Origin: Catajapyx aquilonaris
Taxonomy: Eukaryota
DNA length: 20,000 nucleotides
Assembly (NCBI GenBank): GCA_000934665.2
Contig: JYFJ02002195.1
Location: 50,348-70,347, forward strand
Direction: 5' to 3'
Shown here piece after piece: positions 10,225-20,000 of this stretch; within the stretch, counting starts at the first letter, position 1, and every line of letters begins with the position of its first letter. The notes under the pieces are model-generated. The model was not told where the DNA came from, did not search any database, and worked only from the letters and a program-made list of their open reading frames with translations. Position numbers and translations under genes: made by a program.

Positions 10225-13200
10225 CCTTTGCGCATCACACGCACACACTTAGATCGACTCGTCAGAAAACGTGAACAAACACACGCAAGTTTGACAGATG
10301 TGCTCCCCAATCGAAGCCTCGACATGCTTTGCAACGACTTTTGATTACACCACTATCACCCACGCAGATAATACCCATCTATTCCACAGTCTAGAGCAGT
10401 ACATCACGCCGGCCCGTTCAAAAGGGAAAACACTAGTGTATTACTTTATGATGTATCAGCAGCACGTGCCGGTTAATATCCGCGACAATAACGCATAAAA
10501 AAAGCAACCTCTTCCGTTTCCGGGGAGTCATCATGCAGAAAAAAAGCCTCTATCTCCAGTCGACCGAGGAATGTTAATGATGAGGGCACTAAACATATCT
10601 CATTAAAGGTTCTCTATATACATATGAGGGCCGGGAAATTACCCCTATATGGATATGTGGTCGATAGGAGTCAGTGACATGTGAAAGGGAAGTCCGCTTG
10701 TCGTTTGACGTGCCTGTGGTGTAACGAACTTATGGACCAACCTCGGAACCAAAACTCTTTCATATGTGTATAAGAAATTTAAAGATTTTTTTTTTCTAAT
10801 TTTCTACCAAGTACAACTTCAAAATGTATACGTACACAGTCAACGGCTCACAAAACTGCAAATGCCGAACGATAATGCTGGCCCTGTCGGATAAAAAGCT
10901 GCAAATGAGACCATTCAATCAGCCGTAGCGTGACACATGCTTCCGTGCTATATTCCCAATCAGTATACATTTGTTCCAGAAAAATATTCCAACCATACAT
11001 GCACTCATGGCAAATAAATCATGGCTCACTCGCAGGTATTTTTTTTATTGTAAACAGAATAAAATATTACTCTATAGTCACACATATTCCACCCATCTGG
11101 CCTCTTCGTTCTCTTTGTATAATTATGATTTTTCTTTTCTTTTCTTCAAAAGAAGTTTTGAGCAGATTTGGCTCCTATAGTCACAACCGAAACAATCGGT
11201 GCACATGTGTTTCTGAATAACTGAACGTTGGTATGCGGGCTAACACAGTCATGGTTGCGTGTGTGACGCTCTATGTGCACAATATGTTTTAACAACAAAA
11301 GGATTAAAGGAACTCAGTCTGGGTAAAATGACTCTGGCAAGTCACAACCATAACACCAGTGCGATTGCACCGAAGAATAAATATCTGAAATATTAAGTCA
11401 ACTGGGAAGAATACACGGTATTTTGGCCGCATTACACTCGTCGTCGATGAACAGGATTAGCACCTGCATTCACACAATCGTACACTGACCGTCACACTCG
11501 CTTGTCTGCTCAGCAGTAGCCAAAAATAATATGCGAAGAATGCTACTATATGTATTTCATAAAATTAAAAATTAATACCAACAAATGTCCATTTTCCATG
11601 CACAACTCAGTGTTTACACATTATCTACAAATTATAGCATTGTACAGTACACAGAGTCATCAAATGAAGATATAATTTCATTGCTTACATAAATAAATTA
11701 TATTATTGGCAAAAATAAAATTTGTCGGGAGTAGTCGAATATAAATTTGCTCTCATGACATATATAAGTACTGGCATATAACCCTGCAGGAAGCGCTTAT
11801 AAAATGATAACAATGAATATTGTGTTAATTCAAGAGACTGTACATATTGCATCATTCTGACCTGTTGGTTAACTCCTTTGTTTCCCATATCAAAGTTCCG
11901 CACAATGTTATTTTATTCATTATACGAGTTTCATAAATCAAGACCAGTGGTTGATGTTTCTGGATCGTAGGAAAAATATTTCAAGTATATGATTTGCTCC
12001 ATGTCACACTCCCTGCTCAGCACTCTTACATTGTATTTCTGTCAACATGGGCATACCCAGCAATGACAACAAAGTAAACACCTCTTATTGAAATCTGAAT
12101 AACTTAATACGTTCAGGTACTGTGTTAAAACAGTTATAGTATATACAGAACAACACTCGACCATCCGACTACAGAGATAAAATAGTGATTAGATCAGGCA
12201 TTCATTTCGTCTGGGAATAATAACGATAATTATTTTAAATTATGCAAATAACGTAGTAGTTAATATGTAGATGAAAACTTGAATGTGTTGAACTGGAAAT
12301 TTGGGAAACGCATTAGGGGGAACAATTAGATGCAATTTTAGATAAAACTACTTCATTAACGCCTGTACCGGTAATTGGCTGGCAACGCGTGGTATTTTCT
12401 CATTTTGCTGGGCACCCATTCAAATGCAAAACCAACCTTTGTTCTCGTGCGTATCAAGCACGGAGATTTGTGTTGAGCTTATATAAACTCTCTACGGGAG
12501 GATCTCGGTTATTGATAAAGGTTAATCCATACGTGGATATAATACGATTTACCTGAGTCTGCCACGTAATTACGACACACACGTTGAGCTATAAAGTTAG
12601 CTAGTCCACTTTTGTGATAACACTCCATTTTCTTCTAAACCTTTCCCATTTCTGCATAATTTTTAGGGTAGTAATGTATAATATCGTCTCCACAGTGAGT
12701 GTTCAGATCAAGTTTACAATCTACACTGCATATCACTCTGGCTTGATTCTGAGCTATATTATTATTACTCGTAACCATAAATGCATTCTGATCAGTATAT
12801 CTCTCAACTTTGAAACGCCGCGCCGTCGTAACTCAAGGCAATTAAGGGAACTCTGGCGGTATCCAGGCTTTATGCGCGTATCGTAATGAACACGAAAAAT
12901 TATTTCTTACAAATTGATTTTTGTGTATAAGACAACCAGCGTCCTGATTTTTTGAAATGTGGGGGGGACCTTCAGAAAATGAAGCTAATGTAAAATTCGC
13001 ACGAGATGCTAATCAGCAAAGCCACCTGGCATTCTAAAGGCGGATATCTCCCAGTTATTTTTTTTTACCTAACAATTGCGTCAAAAATATGGCGACAACT
13101 ACTGGCACAATCTCCTTCAAACTAATACTGCACACATTGTGGGCTCTCTTTTTTTTCGTCCACATACAAATAAACATTCATGTCTATCTCCAATAGACGA

Positions 13201-14157
13201 CATTTTTGCACACTTGAAAGGCCTCACACAATCCTTTCTATCGCATTTACTCTCAGTTTTATCGAAACGGTGAGCCTAAAAAGGTCGAGTTATTCGTCAC
13301 AAAAATGACAAAAATGTTGGTGTACGAACGTTATTTCGTTAAAACTGAGAATAGAATGGCCTGCAAAAAGCTACACAGTGTATCTGTTTCTCCCATTCCG
13401 ACAGAGATCTATCTTTCCTGCTCTGGAAAAAAAACTCCTGCTGTCTCCCACTACAAGCTCTCGGCTTCGAATGGTTCCTATATATTCGAAGGAGTAGCGA
13501 TAAAAGTCCCATATTGTCTTTGCAACTGGAAGCGCAACAGTTACACCTTTTTAGGGGTCGACTCACAGCTTTTCTATGCAGCTGAGTGGACCCACATTAT
13601 TCAAATCCGTAATTATAGCAACACAGACCATTATATATAGCACCTCCAGCAAAATATCAGCAAAGGTTTGCACGAGCCAATCGAGTGGTAATGACCATTT
13701 CAATTTATGTGTTGAAACGTATCCTAATTATCATGCCGCTCTTCATTGCTGGTAGCGGTAAGACTAAGATGCAATTTACGCTAGGTTTACACTCCATTTC
13801 AAACTTCGCTTGCAAATGAGATTCTTACACGGAAGCCGCAGAAACAAACAAGAGAAGCGATCGCTGCAAAAAGGTGTAACAACACCTTATTACCTATTGC
13901 TTGTTGTCTAAAGCTAACTGTTCACTTTCATCAGGTGTGCATGGCCTACTCATTAACTAAATTGTAAGTAAAGTTACTGATGCTGTGAAAAGAAACCTAC
14001 ATGATGGATAGGTGGACTGAAGAGGGATTACGTAATATAAATAATGCATTGTACAAAGTTAAAAACACAACCTGGTGATGCACTATACTCATCAATAACG
14101 TCGAGGGTTTCCCCCACTATTTGAAAGTGGTGTTTGAATAACTCCATCACACTGTTG

Positions 14158-14163
14158 TTTATT
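14158..14163 (-). terminator. Candidate polyadenylation signal (AATAAA) for gene B
   Basis: TTTATT on the + strand ~390 nt past the gene B stop. Confidence 0.3.
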
Positions 14164-14548
14164 TGATTGAAGGTTATTCGCAATCCACTTAATTGGACGC
14201 CAATTGAATAAATATTCTCCTAATATACGTATACAGATACGCCTATAATACTGGTAAGTATAAAAGTATACAGTATAGGGTACGATTCTGATTTTTTTTC
14301 CCACAGAATAGGGAAGAACTTACTATATTGAAAGCACACATACAGCAGAAAGTGAACAGCGGCTGTAGGAGTGAACGATCTCTTTTGAGCAGCAGTTGAA
14401 GAGGACTATATCACCACCTTCGTCACCGGCAAAAGCCATCACCACAATACAAACCACCACATCATACATCACCTCTCGCGAGTGTCCATCAGAGCGCAGT
14501 TTTGCGAAAGAGTCTCGACCTACCTCTGACCAGCACTGAATAAATTGT

Positions 14549-14746
14549 TTACAAGCAGTTTTCTTTGTTGAAAACCGGATTGTCCGCCGAGGTGCAACTA
14601 ATTGAGTTCCTGCTGCTCACGACCCCCAGAGGACTCAGGCCCAATTTGTTGGCTTCCTTTGACTCCACCATGGCATTCCACTCCTCGCGACACAAGGGAT
14701 CAGATGGACCCCAATCCTCGTTGGGACGCAGAGATTGCCGGAATTT
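14549..14746 (-). CDS. Gene B coding exon 11 (C-terminus)
   Basis: ccacag|[17 protein letters not shown]...[15 protein letters not shown]. Confidence 0.9.
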   Translation of the reverse strand, partial: KFRQSLRPNEDWGPSDPLCREEWNAMVESKEANKLGLSPLGVVSSRNSISCTSADNPVFNKENCL

Positions 14747-17700
14747 CTGTGGAAGCAATTTCATGTAGCCTGTTCATCAGCTGGTCGTGCAGAAAGACTC
14801 ACATCTTTTAAGGTTGGCCCTGGCTGCTGGTAGACGGTGATGATGGCCCAGAGTGGGATCTGGGCTAAGGAGAGCAATGCCAGACCCCATCCTATCCCGT
14901 CTGCCCAGTCTGGAAAATCGTAGTCCTCGTACCGAAGAGGTTCGTGGACAACCAAGGAATAAACGAAGATGACCTGTCAAATGCACAACCATTTTTAGAC
15001 TGTGGCAGGACAGCAACCAGATGGCTACACTTACAATGAGAATAATGGGTGAAAAGTATCCCCAAGCAATCCTCCAGTATAGGCCAGGCCTTATTCCAAG
15101 CATGAACTGGATGTCATCACATATTCTGAATGGTCCGTAAAGCCATATGATCCCGACAGCCTCCGCCACTGCTATCAGCAGGATTGCTGTCCCTCCGCCG
15201 TACACATCCATCAGGGTCAGGACGTAGTTACCACCCTGTACAGATCAGTTCATGGTCAGTGATACTTCGGCCTATTATTCCTAATTCCTGGCATGCAAAT
15301 ACTCACGTAGGTGACACATGAAAGGCCAATCAGGTAGCAGAAGAGGGCTGTGCAGACGCAGAAGACCAGCTTGTTGGTGCGCAGGATGGGGTACTCGTCA
15401 GACAGACTTGTCAGGACGTTTTCCAGCAACGCAAACTGACAGACAAAAATTTAGGGTTGAGAAAATGTCTGCAGGATGCACACTACAGTCAGAAAATGGT
15501 GCTGACCCTCACAATGGGCAACAATTAAACCAACCATTAATGGCGTGTCGAGTCAGTATTTAAGTCTGCTCTTCTCTGGTTGAATCAGTAACAGGTGAAA
15601 GGGCAAAAATTGAGTTTTCACAGAATTGTTAGCCTGCTCCAATAAGCGAGGGCGCAGGTATACACGATTATCGGAAATCTCATTAGAGTGGCTATCATTA
15701 GAGAAACGCGGAAAAGAGAGAGGAAATACACCGCCGGCTACGGAAGCGAAAATCATTAATCATTCAAAATAAACTCACATTTGTCCATTATTTTGTATTA
15801 ATTTTGTGCTCTAACTTGGATTTAATAAAGAGCGCGGTGGAATATCTTGCTTATTAAAAATAATGTAACAAAATGAACAATGAACGATGAACAATGTATG
15901 CTGCAGAATGAGTACGGTACTTCTAGCACATGCACTGCACAGAGGTGAAAAAGCTCTTCAAACCGTATTACCTACGGCAAGAGCTAGTTTATTATTGAAT
16001 TACATTCGAACGAATGGTTTGAGTGGTGATCCTAACGGTCAATTCAACAAGATCATAAACCATAAATGTCGTTCATAAGGTTTACTTTGAACTTTCTCAT
16101 ACTAATGCAATGTGGAAGAATGAACTGATGCTGTTTATAACCACTAGTAGCTTACAAGACTATGAAATCATCACATGCATGTTTTCCATCAGACCTGAGC
16201 TTTCGGTTTAAAACTGCTTCTCTGCACAAGACATATAAGCGAAATATTTGAGGCACTTGCTAGTGCTCACTATGTAGAATAAATTAATTCTTTTCGTGTA
16301 CAAAATTGTACCTACAAGAGACCTTGAAGAGTCTACTGTAAACACTCCAGTGTACGACCCACTGTAATAATATTTCCATTGTGTGACATTATGGTCGTCT
16401 GCCCCAAAAACGAAATGAAAAAAATATAGTGTAAGCCCGTATCCATCAATTAGCTTTGCTCTCAGCCTCAAAGACTAGTACGTGGCACACCTGCCTCTAT
16501 TTCTTTTGCGGATGTGAATGCAAAGCAACTGAGCCTTCGAATGCGCCACAGCTACGTCGAAAAACATTTCCTCTCTCCGAAATTCAGTTTCTCTCAAGCA
16601 GTTGCCGGGTTTCGCCTAAGACTATAGAGCAAAAGATCAAAGGCTACATTTTGAAAGGAAGATGACACAACACACCCGCGCAGGTTCGTGCCGCTCATAA
16701 GGCGCTTAATAATAAATGGCTATACATTTTCAAGCCGCCGCAAAAACCTCAAAAACCTACCGTGGCTTTAGTGCCACAATAGAACAAGACACAATGACCT
16801 CGTTGTAGGACTGGGCTCGGAAATGAGGCACTAGAGCCTTGGTTAAGCACCGCTTGGCTTGTAACGACATGAAATAAAGCTGACGAGAGAGTTCTCCACC
16901 CACCTCGCTATCGAGCCCTAGAACAAAGAGCATGAGGAAGAAGAGGACAGCCCACAACTGCGGCACAGGCAGCCTGAGCAGGGCTTCTGGATATGCCACA
17001 AAGGCCAGTCCAGGCCCTTCCTTCACCACGTCCGCTATGGGCATGTCCAGGTCGTGGGCCATGGCGCCAAGGATGGAGAAGGTGACGGATCCGGCGATGA
17101 TGCTGGTGATGGTGTCCAACACGCTCACCACCAGGGCGTCCCGGTACACATTGTTTCGGAAGTCATTGTAGCTGCTGTACATGATGAGTCCGCCCATGGA
17201 CACGCTCAGGGAGAAGAACATTTGACCGGCTGCAGCTCTCCAGACCTGCGGTTTTGGTGGAAACGCACCACAAAGAATCATGCCAGGACTGTGCTCACGT
17301 GCGGGGGAGCGGAAGAAGCTAACTACCCAGGGCTAGTGTTTCAGGTATTTTTAAAGAGAAAAGTTGAAACACCTGCCCTGACAATGCAAAAAGGCGCATG
17401 AGTATACCTGGATGTCTAGAAGTTTGGACCAAGACGGAGTGATGAAGTAGAGCACCCCGCTCATTGCGCCCTCTTGGACCAGGCCGGTGACCAAAAGGGT
17501 GATGAGGATCACATAGGGAAATGTGGCCGCGAAGTACACCACCTTTCCTGAGGTCTTGATGCCCTTGATCAGGCACAGCACCACTATTATCCAAGAAAAG
17601 AGCAGGCACAAAGCCAGGTCCCATTTGACTGGTCCTACGTCCTCTATCCCGGGAGATAATTTCAGCACGTAGCGTCTGTGAACAAAGATGATTAACTACA

Positions 17701-19439
17701 ATATTAAGAAGGAAAAAAGTAGAAAAGCTAAAGACGCAAAAGACGGATACTCACTCCCAGTATTGCTGAGTGGCCGTTTGTCTACTGGAAGCGTTCACAA
17801 CGGACGTTTTTATGTCAGTCGAATTAAACATTAACAACGACGTGTCGTTATCAAAAACTGAAAAGTTGCCAAAACCGTCGTCCTGAAAAGTGAAGCAGCT
17901 TCGGTGAAACTCTGGTTATAAATTTTTGATCCGAGTATTCTTACCATCGAGGATTGGCCACCCCGCACGTAACAGGTGGTGAGATCGGCCCATTCAGGGT
18001 CGCACCAACTCCAGGGCACCTTGGAGCTTAAGGAGGCCACCGTGTAGAAGACAGTGTATGCCATGATTACATTGTAATAAATGCAGACTATAAGCGAGAC
18101 GGTGATCATCGCCCATCCTATTCCCTTCCCGATGGGCACGCAGTTCCAGATGGCTATGGGGCCAACTCCGGCAAACTGCCCGAAAGCCAGTTCCATGAAG
18201 TACATGGGTTTCCCCACCAGTGTAAGCATGATGAGGTAGGGTATTAAAAAAGCGCCTGAAAACGAAATTTGAATGAATTTTTGATTCGACCTGTATTGTT
18301 GAGTATTGTTCCGTACCTCCGCCGTTCTGGTAGGCGAGGTAAGGAAACCTCCAGACGTTTCCGATTCCAACCGAAAGGCCGACGCAGGAGAGAAGGAACT
18401 CCCATTTGCTACCCCAATTGCCTCTGGACGCCAGGGACGCCAAGGAAGGCCTCCTGATGGCCGCGTCCATGCTGGCACCCATTGTGAAGATGGATCCCCG
18501 CTGCTTCTGGGCGTCGCGGGTACCATGGAATGAATGCCGTCGGGGGTACGGACGCTTCCGACGGGGGTCAGCACCGTGGCTGGCGCACCTGGGACGCATC
18601 GGGTCCTCGTCTCGGTTCTCTGCAACAATACCACGTTGTCAGACCCTGCTCATTGTGTTTCGGTGTTATAGGCAGGCCACCCTAACTTGCCACTGACGTC
18701 ATCGTTTTGTTTACTAACTCCTAGTCAGCGGAAATCTGCCGAATGGACCCCTGGAACCTCCCACTTAGCAATTAGTTTTCATGGGGATGCCCTCATGCAA
18801 AAAGTGTTGCCGACACTACTGTTTGCTCACATTGTAGCGTGAGGGCATTTCCATGAAAACTTGAAAAGTGTGGGGTTCCAGGGGTGCGTTCAGCAGATTG
18901 CCGTTGACTAGGAGTTGGTAAACAAAACGATGACGTCAATGGCAAGTTAGGGTGGTCTGCCTATAAACGAGTCGTAGACAGCAGCGTATACCTCTTTCTC
19001 TTTCTTCAGCTCTTTGCCTGTCGCGGTCGCTGAAGCTGCAATGGCGCTCTTTCTGACTCGCCTTCCTTTCAAACTTGTTGTTTCTTGAACTAATATCTCC
19101 ATCTAAGAAACAATCGTCGTCAGCAATTGTCACTTTGCTCGGCTGACCCCGACTACCTTTACCCTGGCCTTCCTTCGTGTCTTCCTCCTTGTCCTCGAAA
19201 CTGCAGTGCTTCTCCTTGCTCTTAGGCTTCTCCGTGCTGGTGCTGTTGACACTCGCCACAGCATCTCCGTCCCCGACTGAAACATCTACAGCAGACACGA
19301 ACATTAGGATTGTCTACCACCACTTAATCCAAGGATTCTCACTATTGTCGGTGGTAGCCTGCTGTCGATCACAGTTTGAAGGCGCCTCATCTCGTTTGAG
19401 CCTCTCCACCGAGGGCAACGCTGGAGTAGGCCTGGACAT
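14549..19439 (-). CDS. Gene B: SLC6 Na+-dependent amino acid transporter, nutrient amino acid transporter (NAT/NAAT)-like; 11 coding exons, 813 aa
   Basis: Hand-spliced exons: 19439-19343, 19285-18992, 18619-18317, 18255-17945, 17882-17755, 17675-17408, 17245-16904, 15435-15307, 15235-15035, 14973-14803, 14746-14549. All introns are GT-AG with compatible phases, giving 2442 nt with no internal stop. SLC6 motifs: [103 protein letters not shown]. Confidence 0.95.
14803..14973 (-). CDS. Gene B coding exon 10 (TM12)
   Basis: [40 protein letters not shown]...TLKD|GTGAGT. Confidence 0.93.
15035..15235 (-). CDS. Gene B coding exon 9 (TM10-TM11)
   Basis: [14 protein letters not shown]...[43 protein letters not shown]. 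Confidence 0.94.
15307..15435 (-). CDS. Gene B coding exon 8 (TM8 end-TM9)
   Basis: ctgtcag|[49 protein letters not shown]. Confidence 0.92.
16904..17245 (-). CDS. Gene B coding exon 7 (TM6-TM8)
   Basis: [14 protein letters not shown]...[15 protein letters not shown]...[14 protein letters not shown]...LGLDSE. Confidence 0.95.
17408..17675 (-). CDS. Gene B coding exon 6 (TM4-TM5)
   Basis: [28 protein letters not shown]...[18 protein letters not shown]...LLDIQ. Confidence 0.95.
17755..17882 (-). CDS. Gene B coding exon 5 (extracellular loop 2)
   Basis: cttttcag|[48 protein letters not shown]. Confidence 0.88.
17945..18255 (-). CDS. Gene B coding exon 4 (TM2-TM3, EL2 Cys pair)
   Basis: [27 protein letters not shown]...IYYNVIMAY...[15 protein letters not shown]; flanked by ttcag and GTAAGA. 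Confidence 0.95.
18317..18619 (-). CDS. Gene B coding exon 3 (TM1 signature)
   Basis: Acceptor ttgttgcag; [36 protein letters not shown]; donor GTACGG. Confidence 0.93.
18666..18966. mobile_element. Non-autonomous palindromic DNA transposon (MITE / fold-back element), ~300 bp, in intron 2 of gene B
   Basis: Left end TTATAGGCAGGCCACCCTAACTTGCCACTGACGTCATCGTTTTGTTTAC is the reverse complement of the right end (3 mismatches in the first ~60 nt). Imperfect symmetry continues to a centre at ~18817. No transposase-like coding. The flanks are palindromic (TTATA/TATAA), so the TSD could be TA, AT or TATA. Confidence 0.85.
18992..19285 (-). CDS. Gene B coding exon 2 (charged N-terminal tail)
   Basis: Branch-like CTAAT followed by acceptor ctgctgtag; open Lys/Glu/Ser-rich frame; donor GTATAC; phase 1/1. 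Confidence 0.75.
19343..19439 (-). CDS. Gene B coding exon 1 ([32 protein letters not shown])
   Basis: aaaccATG with an in-frame TGA four codons upstream; donor GTGAGA; phase 1 matches the next exon across a 57-nt intron. Confidence 0.65.
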
Positions 19440-20000
19440 GGTTTCAGGTCATCCGGGACACTACTGGAAATCTGGAAAAGCCAACAGAACTCACGCATTG
19501 GTCCGCATGGCTGCCCTGCCTAGCCTTGCAACGTAATCCGGTCCTTTTAGATCCAATTTCCTTCCAGCTAAGTATTCAGATTGCGATTCGTAGCCGTGGC
19601 TGTAATTATTCGGGGCTGTCTGCTATGCGGAATTGCGTTCCAGGAGAGTGTCTCGGAGGACCCCAGAGTTTACCAACACTCCTGATTCAACGCTGAAGAA
19701 TATTGATAGAAGAGAAAGATCGATCGGCGGTTGTTTGGCTCCAGAAGGCCGCAGCCGGATCCGGACGTCCCCGACAAATGCAATCCGAAAGAAAACGAGC
19801 CACTTGGGGAGTTGACACTGCCGGATAGAGTAATCCTAGGCCTCCCCCATTTTCCTTGCCTGAAACAAGCTCAAATCAACACCATTTTGAGGCTAATGGG
19901 TGGACAAAGTATGGTTACATTGTGGCAGCAAGGTTGACCCACTAATGAAGCAGAGTTGTGTGTATCTTCTGGACCGAATTCGCATCACTGAAAAGCCGAC

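Noticed and set aside
11304..12853. TTAA(A/G)GGAACTC at 11304 and 12842, resembling Kolobok-type transposon ends
   Set aside because: No complementary inverted terminus or second TTAA TSD was identified; a repeat-library search would be needed
13076..13640. Intergenic ORFs (65-111 aa) between the two SLC6 genes
   Set aside because: No homology recognisable by eye, no supporting splice structure, and lengths compatible with chance
15715..16600. Short inverted match (GAGAGAGGAAAT / ATTTCCTCTCTC) within the 1.47-kb intron of gene B
   Set aside because: Only ~12 bp of low-complexity GA/TC sequence, and it does not extend
16932..19536. Plus-strand ORFs antisense to gene B exons, including one with a signal-peptide-like start (19177-19536)
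   Set aside because: Antisense shadow of GC3-rich coding exons; the hydrophobic stretch is the complement of Lys/Glu codons
1..20000. CRISPR array, tRNA/rRNA genes, prokaryotic operon or viral insert
   Set aside because: No regularly spaced repeats, cloverleaf or rRNA motifs, or long intronless ORFs seen; the gene structure is spliceosomal throughout

Overview
This is eukaryotic genomic DNA with short GT-AG introns (mostly 56-200 nt), most likely from an arthropod (inferred from the protein subfamilies and a TCAGT initiator). Two complete SLC6 (Na+:neurotransmitter/amino-acid symporter) genes lie head-to-tail on the minus strand, and both could be spliced by hand into stop-free frames. Gene B (19439->14549, 11 coding exons, 813 aa) is a canonical nutrient-amino-acid-transporter-like SLC6 with a ~195-aa N-terminal tail. 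Gene A (10224->6554, 12 coding exons, 772 aa) is an intact but strongly divergent SLC6 that has lost several ion-site and gate residues. A ~300-bp fold-back MITE fills most of intron 2 of gene B. A GC-box/CRE/CRE/E2F/Inr promoter at ~4500-4620 appears to drive a third, unidentified minus-strand gene across 1-4500, where the sequence looks error-rich (excess homopolymers, broken frames). I saw no prokaryotic-type system, CRISPR array or RNA gene. The best lead is the canonical plus degenerate SLC6 pair.
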